A stretch of 64,000 bases of DNA from Paraphysomonas bandaiensis. Its lineage: Eukaryota; Protista; Chrysophyceae. Numbering within the stretch: the first letter of the stretch is position 1; every line of letters starts with the position of its first letter. This document shows positions 41,201 through 52,099 of the stretch, one piece after another. Location: contig CBFFRP010000059.1 of assembly GCA_965644295.1 (NCBI GenBank), forward strand, positions 62,001 through 126,000, read 5' to 3'. Below the pieces are notes generated by a model, which made no database searches, had not been told where the DNA came from, and saw only the letters and a list, made by a program, of their open reading frames with translations. The translations under genes were made by a program, and so were the position numbers.

Positions 41201-41517
41201 GTCTTAACGTTACTATATCTGCTGCGGTCGCGACGAACACACTGACGTTTGGACGGAGGGGTGTGAACTGTGCCGTCAGCAGAAGACTTTCTAGCATTGG
41301 TACATGGGGTAGGACAATATGACACAGAAAAACCACAACAGTAATGACCAAATTGGCAGTGTATATCCTCCAAATCTCGTTTTTTCTTGAAAGCTGAAAA
41401 ATTGGGATTTTTGTAACAAGTTTCTGGAGAATGTGTACATTTTTTGTGACAATGCGGACACACTGATTTTTGTTTGGAAGAGGGTAACGCGCTTGTTTCA
41501 TAGAGAGGTAGCAACAA
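38233..41517 (-). CDS. Copia pol ORF: gag Zn-knuckle fragment fused to integrase, RT and RNase H; protease absent
   Basis: LHLQLGH; IN DDE (HVDL, SDPGTEF, TIER); RT (YRARLVVKG, LKSLYGLKQA, YVDD); RH (SDANW, SEY, VDN, KHIEIRHHF, ADVMTK); no D(S/T)GA protease motif. Confidence 0.93.
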   Translation of the reverse strand: MLLPLYETSALPSSKQKSVCPHCHKKCTHSPETCYKNPNFSAFKKKRDLEDIHCQFGHYCCGFSVSYCPTPCTNARKSSADGTVHTPPSKRQCVRRDRSRYSNVKTPPNCSTMAPVISKAAHAFLLLHLQLGHPAYSILYDALRHGKITGFPYSWRSIDINQLPHCEVDYISKSTRSRPSKSPRMRAEYPAQIIHVDLKGPFMTRGIGGVRYWMLFLDDFSTMMFIYFLKKKSDALVEGLHRFVLEEVFPYGVRDFILLSDPGTEFINEDFKNYCLRNNIRHMPSPAGNKRYSGTIERGNRTTAEKERCLRTYSGLPKRTWPLSATHVILLHALNFSRSLGMTPWEAWHGQPPTIANLHVYGMECYYHNLHFSSSQGGNPGEIVRFVGYVPYSRSTYKVYRPSTGMVLETADVRFIQHAFKLVSPFQARERIHDESDDELVQEEDTDGNDPSIQCHKPDVIYELDKKSVEAADGLASSEIVLQPAPDVVPQTEGRSFTSTGTTSRQPRERDTHIPIVRRSTRSRKPVERLLFHLALVTTAYEPTIMVHSAPGRDDSYNVFAVFDAPLSYAAAQRSADNAKWEEAMQEELTGLQAQGTWKVVDIPPDANLMRSKWVFKKKTDKDGNIVRYRARLVVKGYTQIHGVDYDETFSPVVRHSTLRIVLALCAHYGLYVHHLDVPKAFPQSDIDYDCYMSAPPGSRLPRGKCYKLLKSLYGLKQASRLFHNMMTAFLLSISFTQCTSDTCVFYHQSDDGFVIICVYVDDIAIAASSISLLNKFCVLLHQKFRTNDLGPLEWFLGIRIHTSKDRHTVQLSQCQYINDLIEYVDPIHPINSTSPVPMANHVKLSASMSPSTDEEKIYMGNIPYRTVVGKLMYVMMCTRPDIAFAVGCCARFLSNPGREHWNAVVQILKYLKGSADLQLTYRRQSNNPPTLQAFSDANWANYDVDTRRSQSGAAFLLAGACIAWFSKLQQSLALSTMDSEYYSMGDTSKEGISHNTVCAELTFPRSPAKPIQPDTLEIKVDNTSAINLSVNPVFHKRSKHIEIRHHFIRQLVQNNIVRFVYVDSANNIADVMTKPLRKTEFRHFRSILFGCST

Positions 41518-41657
41518 AAAATCAGTGTGTCCGCATTGTCACAAAAAATGTACACATTCTCCAGAAACTTGTTACAAAAATCCCAATTTTTCAGCTTTCA
41601 AGAAAAAACGAGATTTGGAGGATATACACTGTTTGCGTTGTGGCCAATTTGGTCATT
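41343..41657. repeat. Foldback inverted repeat inside the copia 5' region (arms 41343-41474 and 41513-41657)
   Basis: The arms are reverse complements apart from a 12-nt indel and a 1-nt indel; 38-nt loop. Confidence 0.95.
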
Positions 41658-44600
41658 GAACTATAAGGTATAGACTTGGTGAAAAGAGAATAATGATTAG
41701 AGATTACACATGTAACATGTCGATACATTGTACTAAGTGTGTGGATATGCATGCATGTGGTGTAATGTCCATTCATTCCATATACGTCGTACGTATGCAA
41801 TAGGGAAACTACGGAAGCGAAGTTTATACTTCAACTCATTCAATCAACACATACCCCATTATACGCAGATGTAATACAACATAATCAGCATTGCATAGCA
41901 ACATCAGGTGATTTGTCTGTATATATGGATCAAAATGCTTGCTCAGCATTATTATATATAATGGAAACTATCGTCACTTGCTGCAGTTGCACACAACTAA
42001 ACAATTATCATTCGTGTCTACCTCATAATATGAAGTCATAACTCACGCGGGCCGCATATAGTACATCAGTCTCCCTGAAATTGCTGTTAGACAGACACAC
42101 ACACAAATATCACGCATCAGGTACACATAAGATAAGGTTTATGCCACGTCGCATATAATTTTACAACACTTTTGAGAGACTCAGGTCTTGAACGATAAAC
42201 AATCCATATAAGCGTCAAGTTTTCACCGTCAGCTTTAAGATATGTCATATATTAAACTGATAGAATCATCACAGTCTCTAATACACAAGTATACCATCAT
42301 GATGTCAATGATACCTTGATAATATCCCGCAAATATAATATTCACCGCATGATGCCATACGCTATCCCCGCGTAACGCGCCATTCCTACAATCATTCAAT
42401 CAACACATACCCCATTATACGCAGATGTAATACAACATAATCAGCATTGCATAGCAACATCAGGTGATTTGTCTGTATATATGGATCAAAATGCTTGCTC
42501 AGCATTATTATATATAATGGAAACTATCGTCACTTGCTGCAGTTGCACACAACTAAACAATTATCATTCGTGTCTACCTCATAATATGAAGTCATAACTC
42601 ACGCGGGCCGCATATAGTACATCAGTCTCCCTGAAATTGCTGTTAGACAGACACACACAAATATCACGCACCAGGTACACATAAGATAAGGTTTATGCCA
42701 CGTCGCATATAATTTTACAACACTATTGAGAGACTCAGGTCTTGAACGATAAACAATCCATATAAGCGTCAAGTTTTCACCGTCAGCTTTAAGATATGTC
42801 ATATATTAAACTGATAGAATCATCACAGTCTCTAATACACAAGTATACCATCATGATGTCAATGATACCTTGATAATATCCCGCAAATATAATATTCACC
42901 GCATGATGCCATACGCTATCCCCGCGTAACGCGCCATTCCTACAATCATTCAATCAACACATACCCCATTATACGCAGATGTAATACAACATAATCAGCA
43001 TTGCATAGCAACATCAGGTGATTTGTCTGTATATATGGATCAAAATGCTTGCTCAGCATTATTATATATAATGGAAACTATCGTCACTTGCTGCAGTTGC
43101 ACACAACTAAACAATTATCATTCGTGTCTACCTCATAATATGAAGTCATAACTCACGCGGGCCGCATATAGTACATCAGTCTCCCTGAAATTGCTGTTAG
43201 ACAGACACACACACAAATATCACGCATCAGGTACACATAAGATAAGGTTTATGCCACGTCGCATTTAATTTTACAACACTATTGAGAGACTCAGGTCTTG
43301 AACGATAAACAATCCATATAAGCGTCAAGTTTTCACCGTCAGCTTTAAGATATGTCATATATTAAACTGATAGAATCATCACAGTCTCTAATACACAAGT
43401 ATACCATCATGATGTCAATGATACCTTGATAATATCCCGCAAATATAATATTCACCGCATGATGCCATACGCTATCCCCGCGTAACGCGCCATTCCTACA
43501 ATCATTCAATCAACACATACCCCATTATACGCAGATGTAATACAACATAATCAGCATTGCATAGCAACATCAGGTGATTTGTCTGTATATATGGATCAAA
43601 ATGCTTGCTCAGCATTATTATATATAATGGAAACTATCGTCACTTGCTGCAGTTGCACACAACTAAACAATTATCATTCGTGTCTACCTCATAATATGAA
43701 GTCATAACTCACGCGGGCCGCATATAGTACATCAGTCTCCCTGAAATTGCTGTTAGACAGACACACACACAAATATCACGCATCAGGTACACATAAGATA
43801 AGGTTTATGCCACGTCGCATTTAATTTTACAACACTATTGAGAGACTCAGGTCTTGAACGATAAACAATCCATATAAGCATCAAGTTTTCACCGTCAGCT
43901 TTAAGATATGTCATATATTAAACTGATAGAATCATCACAGTCTCTAATACACAAGTATACCATCATGATGTCAATGATACCTTGATAATATCCCGCAAAT
44001 ATAATATTCACCGCATGATGCCATACGCTATCCCCGCGTAACGCGCCATTCCTACAATCATTCAATCAACACATACCCCATTATACGCAGATGTAATACA
44101 ACATAATCAGCATTGCATAGCAACATCAGGTGATTTGTCTGTATATATGGATCAAAATGCTTGCTCAGCATTATTATATATAATGGAAACTATCGTCACT
44201 TGCTGCAGTTGCACACAACTAAACAATTATCATTCGTGTCTACCTCATAATATGAAGTCATAACTCACGCGGGCCGCATATAGTACATCAGTCTCCCTGA
44301 AATTGCTGTTAGACAGACACACACACAAATATCACGCATCAGGTACACATAAGATAAGGTTTATGCCACGTCGCATTTAATTTTACAACACTATTGAGAG
44401 ACTCAGGTCTTGAACGATAAACAATCCATATAAGCGTCAAGTTTTCACCGTCAGCTTTAAGATATGTCATATATTAAACTGATAGAATCATCACAGTCTC
44501 TAATACACAAGTATACCATCATGATGTCAATGATACCTTGATAATATCCCGCAAATATAATATTCACCGCATGATGCCATACCAGGTGATTTGTCTGTAT

Positions 44601-47600
44601 ATATGGATCAAAATGCTTGCTCAGCATTATTATATATAATGGAAACTATCGTCACTTGCTGCAGTTGCACACAACTAAACAATTATCATTCGTGTCTACC
44701 TCATAATATGAAGTCATAACTCACGCGGGCCGCATATAGTACATCAGTCTCCCTGAAATTGCTGTTAGACAGACACACACACAAATATCACGCATCAGGT
44801 ACACATAAGATAAGGTTTATGCCACGTCGCATTTAATTTTACAACACTATTGAGAGACTCAGGTCTTGAACGATAAACAATCCATATAAGCGTCAAGTTT
44901 TCACCGTCAGCTTTAAGATATGTCATATATTAAACTGATAGAATCATCACAGTCTCTAATACACAAGTATACCATCATGATGTCAATGATACCTTGATAA
45001 TATCCCGCAAATATAATATTCACCGCATGATGCCATACCAGGTGATTTGTTTGTATATATGGATCAAAATGCTTGCTCAGCATTATTATATATAATGGAA
45101 ACTATCGTCACTTGCTGCAGTTGCACACAACTAAACAATTATCATTCGTGTCTACCTCATAATATGAAGTCATAACTCACGCGGGCCGCATATAGTACAT
45201 CAGTCTCCCTGAAATTGCTGTTAGACAGACACACACACAAATATCACGCATCAGGTACACATAAGATAAGGTTTATGCCACGTCGCATTTAATTTTACAA
45301 CACTATTGAGAGACTCAGGTCTTGAACGATAAACAATCCATATAAGCGTCAAGTTTTCACCGTCAGCTTTAAGATATGTCATATATTAAACTGATAGAAT
45401 CATCACAGTCTCTAATACACAAGTATACCATCATGATGTCAATGATACCTTGATAATATCCCGCAAATATAATATTCACCGCATGATGCCATACGCTATC
45501 CCCGCGTAACGCGCCATTCCTACAATCATTCAATCAACACATACCCCATTATACGCAGATGTAATACAACATAATCAGCATTGCATAGCAACATCAGGTG
45601 ATTTGTCTGTATATATGGATCAAAATGCTTGCTCAGCATTATTATATATAATGGAAACTATCGTCACTTGCTGCAGTTGCACACAACTAAACAATTATCA
45701 TTCGTGTCTACCTCATAATATGAAGTCATAACTCACGCGGGCCGCATATAGTACATCAGTCTCCCTGAAATTGCTGTTAGACAGACACACACAAATATCA
45801 CGCACCAGGTACACATAAGATAAGGTTTATGCCACGTCGCATATAATTTTACAACACTATTGAGAGACTCAGGTCTTGAACGATAAACAATCCATATAAG
45901 CGTCAAGTTTTCACCGTCAGCTTTAAGATATGTCATATATTAAACTGATAGAATCATCACAGTCTCTAATACACAAGTATACCATCATGATGTCAATGAT
46001 ACCTTGATAATATCCCGCAAATATAATATTCACCGCATGATGCCATACGCTATCCCCGCGTAACGCGCCATTCCTACAATCATTCAATCAACACATACCC
46101 CATTATACGCAGATGTAATACAACATAATCAGCATTGCATAGCAACATCAGGTGATTTGTCTGTATATATGGATCAAAATGCTTGCTCAGCATTATTATA
46201 TATAATGGAAACTATCGTCACTTGCTGCAGTTGCACACAACTAAACAATTATCATTCGTGTCTACCTCATAATATGAAGTCATAACTCACGCGGGCCGCA
46301 TATAGTACATCAGTCTCCCTGAAATTGCTGTTAGACAGACACACACAAATATCACGCACCAGGTACACATAAGATAAGGTTTATGCCACGTCGCATATAA
46401 TTTTACAACACTATTGAGAGACTCAGGTCTTGAACGATAAACAATCCATATAAGCGTCAAGTTTTCACCGTCAGCTTTAAGATATGTCATATATTAAACT
46501 GATAGAATCATCACAGTCTCTAATACACAAGTATACCATCATGATGTCAATGATACCTTGATAATATCCCGCAAATATAATATTCACCGCATGATGCCAT
46601 ACGCTATCCCCGCGTAACGCGCCATTCCTACAATCATTCAATCAACACATACCCCATTATACGCAGATGTAATACAACATAATCAGCATTGCATAGCAAC
46701 ATCAGGTGATTTGTCTGTATATATGGATCAAAATGCTTGCTCAGCATTATTATATATAATGGAAACTATCGTCACTTGCTGCAGTTGCACACAACTAAAC
46801 AATTATCATTCGTGTCTACCTCATAATATGAAGTCATAACTCACGCGGGCCGCATATAGTACATCAGTCTCCCTGAAATTGCTGTTAGACAGACACACAC
46901 AAATATCACGCACCAGGTACACATAAGATAAGGTTTATGCCACGTCGCATATAATTTTACAACACTTTTGAGAGACTCAGGTCTTGAACGATAAACAATC
47001 CATATAAGCGTCAAGTTTTCACCGTCAGCTTTAAGATATGTCATATATTAAACTGATAGAATCATCACAGTCTCTAATACACAAGTATACCATCATGATG
47101 TCAATGATACCTTGATAATATCCCGCAAATATAATATTCACCGCATGATGCCATACGCTATCCCCGCGTAACGCGCCATTCCTACAATCATTCAATCAAC
47201 ACATACCCCATTATACGCAGATGTAATACAACATAATCAGCATTGCATAGCAACATCAGGTGATTTGTCTGTATATATGGATCAAAATGCTTGCTCAGCA
47301 TTATTATATATAATGGAAACTATCGTCACTTGCTGCAGTTGCACACAACTAAACAATTATCATTCGTGTCTACCTCATAATATGAAGTCATAACTCACGC
47401 GGGCCGCATATAGTACATCAGTCTCCCTGAAATTGCTGTTAGACAGACACACACAAATATCACGCACCAGGTACACATAAGATAAGGTTTATGCCACGTC
47501 GCATATAATTTTACAACACTTTTGAGAGACTCAGGTCTTGAACGATAAACAATCCATATAAGCGTCAAGTTTTCACCGTCAGCTTTAAGATATGTCATAT

Positions 47601-48736
47601 ATTAAACTGATAGAATCATCACAGTCTCTAATACACAAGTATACCATCATGATGTCAATGATACCTTGATAATATCCCGCAAATATAATATTCACCGCAT
47701 GATGCCATACGCTATCCCCGCGTAACGCGCCATTCCTACAATCATTCAATCAACACATACCCCATTATACGCAGATGTAATACAACATAATCAGCATTGC
47801 ATAGCAACATCAGGTGATTTGTCTGTATATATGGATCAAAATGCTTGCTCAGCATTATTATATATAATGGAAACTATCGTCACTTGCTGCAGTTGCACAC
47901 AACTAAACAATTATCATTCGTGTCTACCTCATAATATGAAGTCATAACTCACGCGGGCCGCATATAGTACATCAGTCTCCCTGAAATTGCTGTTAGACAG
48001 ACACACACAAATATCACGCACCAGGTACACATAAGATAAGGTTTATGCCACGTCGCATATAATTTTACAACACTATTGAGAGACTCAGGTCTTGAACGAT
48101 AAACAATCCATATAAGCGTCAAGTTTTCACCGTCAGCTTTAAGATATGTCATATATTAAACTGATAGAATCATCACAGTCTCTAATACACAAGTATACCA
48201 TCATGATGTCAATGATACCTTGATAATATCCCGCAAATATAATATTCACCGCATGATGCCATACGCTATCCCCGCGTAACGCGCCATTCCTACAATCATT
48301 CAATCAACACATACCCCATTATACGCAGATGTAATACAACATAATCAGCATTGCATAGCAACATCAGGTGATTTGTCTGTATATATGGATCAAAATGCTT
48401 GCTCAGCATTATTATATATAATGGAAACTATCGTCACTTGCTGCAGTTGCACACAACTAAACAATTATCATTCGTGTCTACCTCATAATATGAAGTCATA
48501 ACTCACGCGGGCCGCATATAGTACATCAGTCTCCCTGAAATTGCTGTTAGACAGACACACTCGCAGATGTAATACAACATAATCAGCTTTGCATAGCAAC
48601 ATCAGGTGATTTGTCTGTATATATGGATCAAAATGCTTGCTCAGCATTATTATATATAATGGAAACTATCGTCACTTGCTGCAGTTGTACACAACTAAAC
48701 AATTATCATTCGCGTCTACCTCATATGAAGTCATAG

Positions 48737-49454
48737 TTACACACCTATCCCAGGTGTCATCAGGATCTGTTGGTAGAATATTTTCGTTATCAAAACCAAA
48801 ACCACTGTATCTGTAAGTTTTGATACAATACCATACGCCTTCTTTAATTCGTTGCAGTGGCTCTGCAATTGCTGACAGTCAAAGTTGGAACTAGTTCTGT
48901 CGTTGAATGCAAGAAGCATTATTTCCAATCACGAGATTTGAATCCTGAATCTGTGTGCACGCCATCCGCAACCTTTTCTAACATGACATCGATATGAATC
49001 CCTTTACTCTCAGATGTCCATCTACAGGACAGCTTCTTTTCTTTGTTAGGTTCTTCTACTGGAATACTCTCTCTGTTGCTCTGTTGGCATTGTAATGTAC
49101 AGCACTGCCCTATTTACGACTTCTATATGTTGGATGTATACTGTATATACAGCAGTATATGGCAATCGTTAGGTAGTATAGTACAGTGGCTGGCCCCTAC
49201 AAGGTGCGCCCATTTCAGGTCCAGCCACTGCTGTATATGGCTATGCCCATTTGCTGGATCACCCAAATACAGTGCATTTTCAACCAATCGGCATCCTTTG
49301 TGTATTTTTGTTCCAAGAAGCCTCTAATATTGAGACAACAATTATCTGTATACCAGCCGTAGTTGTATATCAGTAATATAGACGAATTTTGCTTCAATTT
49401 ATTAACGAAAAATAAGATGCGGACTGCCCATACGTTGAGTGAACTGAACGGGGC
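48737..49454 (-). mobile_element. PIF/Harbinger relic: frameshifted Myb/SANT-like ORF1 (49090 to ~48737) and one putative terminus
   Basis: Across frameshifts: RWTSES..FIDVMLEKVADGVHTDSGFKSRDW..LLAFNDRT..QQLQSHCNELKKAY..SGFGFD (Myb/SANT-like pattern); GGCCCGTTCAGTTC terminus next to TAA/TTA at 49454. Confidence 0.65.
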
Positions 49455-49646
49455 CTTATATATAAGCTCTGTAGTACAGTGTATACCATAATATACATTT
49501 GGACACCACAAAAATCTATTCATATAATTCAAAAAACTGAAAAACGGTTACATTCACTCAAGTAAAGCATATTGATGTGTATATACTGCACTTACTTCTT
49601 AATATTATTTGCTTTAAAGCATATTGTAATAGTTTGACAAGTTACG

Positions 49647-50527
49647 ATGACATCAAATGGAGGGTCAAATATCAAGAGTGCTGAGAGTAATCATAAGCCT
49701 CTCGTAATATTGCGTTGCAAGTGTGTTGTTGTTGGCGATGCCTGTGTTGGGAAAACAGCATTAACACAAGTATTTAATAGCGGAGGCAGCACATACCCAA
49801 AGAATTATGTCATGGTATATTGTATTTTCACTGATCACACTTTGCTGATTTTGTTATAGACTATTGGGGCCGAGTTTTGTGTGAAGCAGGTTCCAATACC
49901 AGATACCAATGCCGTAGTGGAGTTGTATATATTCGATTGTGCAGGTCAATCTATTTTCAACCAAGTAGAAATGAATTCGAAATATGTACGTTTTTAAACA
50001 TCCGTAGTATCAGTAACCGTTGTACCAGTGGGAAAACACGTCTGCTGTGATGGTAGTGTATGATGTATCCAACCCTGAGAGTTTGCAGTCCTGCGTCAAA
50101 TGGCTTGGAGGTTGGTAGTTTTTTGATCATAGAGTGCAGCATTAACTGACTCGTAGGAGTTCGTGCGATGCGCCCTACGGGACAACGCATGCTTGGTGTT
50201 CTGGTGGGAAACAAGGCGGATTTCCGAGAGGACGGTGGGTTGGACTCTCGTGCAGAGGTATCCAAAGAGGAAGGTCAGGGGGCTGCCAGGGAGATGGGTC
50301 TGCAGTACTTTGAGACATCAGCGGTAAGAAAATGTATTATTGGGCTTGGAATCACCTTCGTTTGCAGGCAACTAATACTAACGTGGATTCGCCATTCAAT
50401 CACATCGCGGAAGAGTTTTACAAAAGGCACATGCTTATAATTTTTCCAAGTTCGATATGTTACTTTTTTATGTAGGTATCAGGCAACTATATCTCGTGCT
50501 GAAGAGCTTTCTGCGATGACTGTATAG
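49647..50527 (+). CDS. IFT27: Intraflagellar transport protein 27 (Rab-like 4), 6 exons
   Basis: LRCKCVVVGDACVGKT, YPKNYVMT, ELYIFDCAGQ, VYDVSN, GVLVGNKAD, YFETSA; no C-terminal prenylation motif. Confidence 0.93.
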
Positions 50528-51082
50528 ATATAAATATCTGTAAAATATGAATCAGTAGGATGTAGTGTCAACACTCATTGGGAAGAACAGTGCGTAAATT
50601 AGAATATGTAAGGAAGTAATAAGTGGACCGTTTACGAATATATTTTACATCGCGTTGATGGTTAGTTTCACGATAATAGAGGCGCTAGTGAGCATTCTAA
50701 AAGTGTGCGTGTTCAGTCAATTATAGTTTCATATTAATTGTTACCCGCTGCAGAATCTGAGTTCGCGGTACACGAAAACCAAAGCGAGGTATAGTTGTAA
50801 GGAAAGGCATTCACTCTTTACCAAAACACTCAATATTTTAAGAAATCTAACGACGCTGAGGGTAACTTGTACACATATCTGTACAACTATAGTGTCCTAC
50901 ACCGAAAGTACACATTCTCATAGCTGAAACCGCTCCAAAACACCATATGTCAGCGTTTTCATAGTGGCATCCGAAGCTCAAGTACACTCTCCGCGTACTA
51001 TAGCCCACAGCCTATAAGTCATGATTCAAGCGGACGTATCCGAGGTCAGCTCTCTGTAGTCCCAATCGCACCCGCTATGCAT

Positions 51083-52099
51083 CTAGTTAGAGATTGAAGA
51101 GCGCTGATGATGTGTCCTATTGTATCGACTCAGTATCTGGTTTTGCTCAGCAAGGGAACCGCAAAATTCAGGTACGCATTTCCTCCCGCCCTCGTAGGGC
51201 ATATCTCGAGTTGTGTCACAGGCGACGTCTTGTGATGGTCCAAAGTAGCATCCCCTTCCGTTCTGTTGCTGCCACATATCACACGTCGCGGTAGCACAAC
51301 ATGCCTCCGCACACTGACGTGTGTCTAATCTCTGATTGTTTATACCCGTCCGTTCTGGTCCAAGACCGAAGCACTGATTAGGAAGTAAATCTCCCCAATC
51401 ACACACACCATTCTCTCGCTTCATTACGCGTCTGCCATTCCACTCCGAAGGAGAAAAAGGGTCACACCAATTGTCGGTAGCTGCATCTTCTAAGCCAACC
51501 CGCACAGCATCTCCTAGCTTACATGTCTTAGTCGCCAACTGAAACTGTGTGGAATCAAAGAAGAGCTAGAATAATAAATTTCGAACCTGCCAAGATGTAC
51601 AATTCTCTCCTAAGTTACAACACAATGCCCGACAATCATCAGAAGATTTCACCACAATATCAGCCAATCCTTCAAATGTTTCCATTTTCTTCAAGCCGAA
51701 ACATTTTCCAACTAATCCACCCGGTCTGGGGATACACCTCAAGATGAAACAATAAAACAATAATATTAAGACTCACCTCCACAAGTTCTTGCAACCACCA
51801 TGTTTTAGCAATTTGAAAGATGATACTTGCATTGCTGCTGCAGTGAATGCATAACTGAATGCATACAGTAACAGTAGAAGTACTGCTCTGGAATACATAT
51901 GCTGTCGACCCCACAAAGCATTCAATTTCATTCAAGAATTCGAACGAATTTTGTCATTATTGTTTGTATTTCAAGATCCTTGTGAAGCTAATGATACTTA
52001 CAGCATAGCTGAATGCACTCCAACTGCCTCTGCAAAGAGACCCACCGCCTGTGTGGATATACATACGACGTACAACACTGCAGTCGTACATCTAGACAT
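51083..52099 (-). CDS. Secreted Cys-rich protein with two PAN/apple-like domains (spliced)
   Basis: CRALCCNLGENCTSWQF..C and CAEACCATATCDMWQ..GCY; signal-like N-terminus MSRCTTAVLYVVCI; 5' exon structure uncertain. Confidence 0.6.

Larger units (their letters stand above)
37963..41836 (-). mobile_element. Ty1/copia LTR retrotransposon, internally rearranged (3874 bp)
   Basis: LTRs 37963-38145 and 41656-41836 (3 mismatches); TSD CATTC (37958-37962, 41837-41841); PPT AAGGGGGAG next to the 3' LTR; IN-RT-RH order. Confidence 0.97.
36583..48736. repeat. Tandem array (satellite) of 554-556 bp units: 15 copies plus a partial tail, interrupted by a copia element
   Basis: Anchor AGGTTTATGCCACG at 36588, 37144, 37700, 42135, 42689, 43245, 43801, 44357, 44813, 45269, 45823, 46377, 46931, 47485 and 48039; two adjacent units are 456 bp (same 100-bp deletion); the 554/556 difference is one AC repeat. 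Confidence 0.98.

Noticed and set aside
42240-42295. The array unit contains TATCAGTTTAATAT (minus strand), identical to part of U2 snRNA stem IIa, with GTGTATTA upstream
   Set aside because: The invariant U2 5' region (CGGCCTTTTGGCTAAGATCAAGTGTAGTA), the correct spacing and a downstream Sm site are absent. Probably chance; an Infernal U2 scan would settle it
36583-48736. CRISPR-like array, or a repeated 67-aa gene
   Set aside because: Units are near-identical with no unique spacers. The 67-aa ORF appears or disappears with the AC-repeat length, so it is incidental
27795-49454. Complete endogenous virophage or Polinton
   Set aside because: No capsid, packaging ATPase, protease, pPolB or enclosing long TIRs recognised; only the recombinase relic
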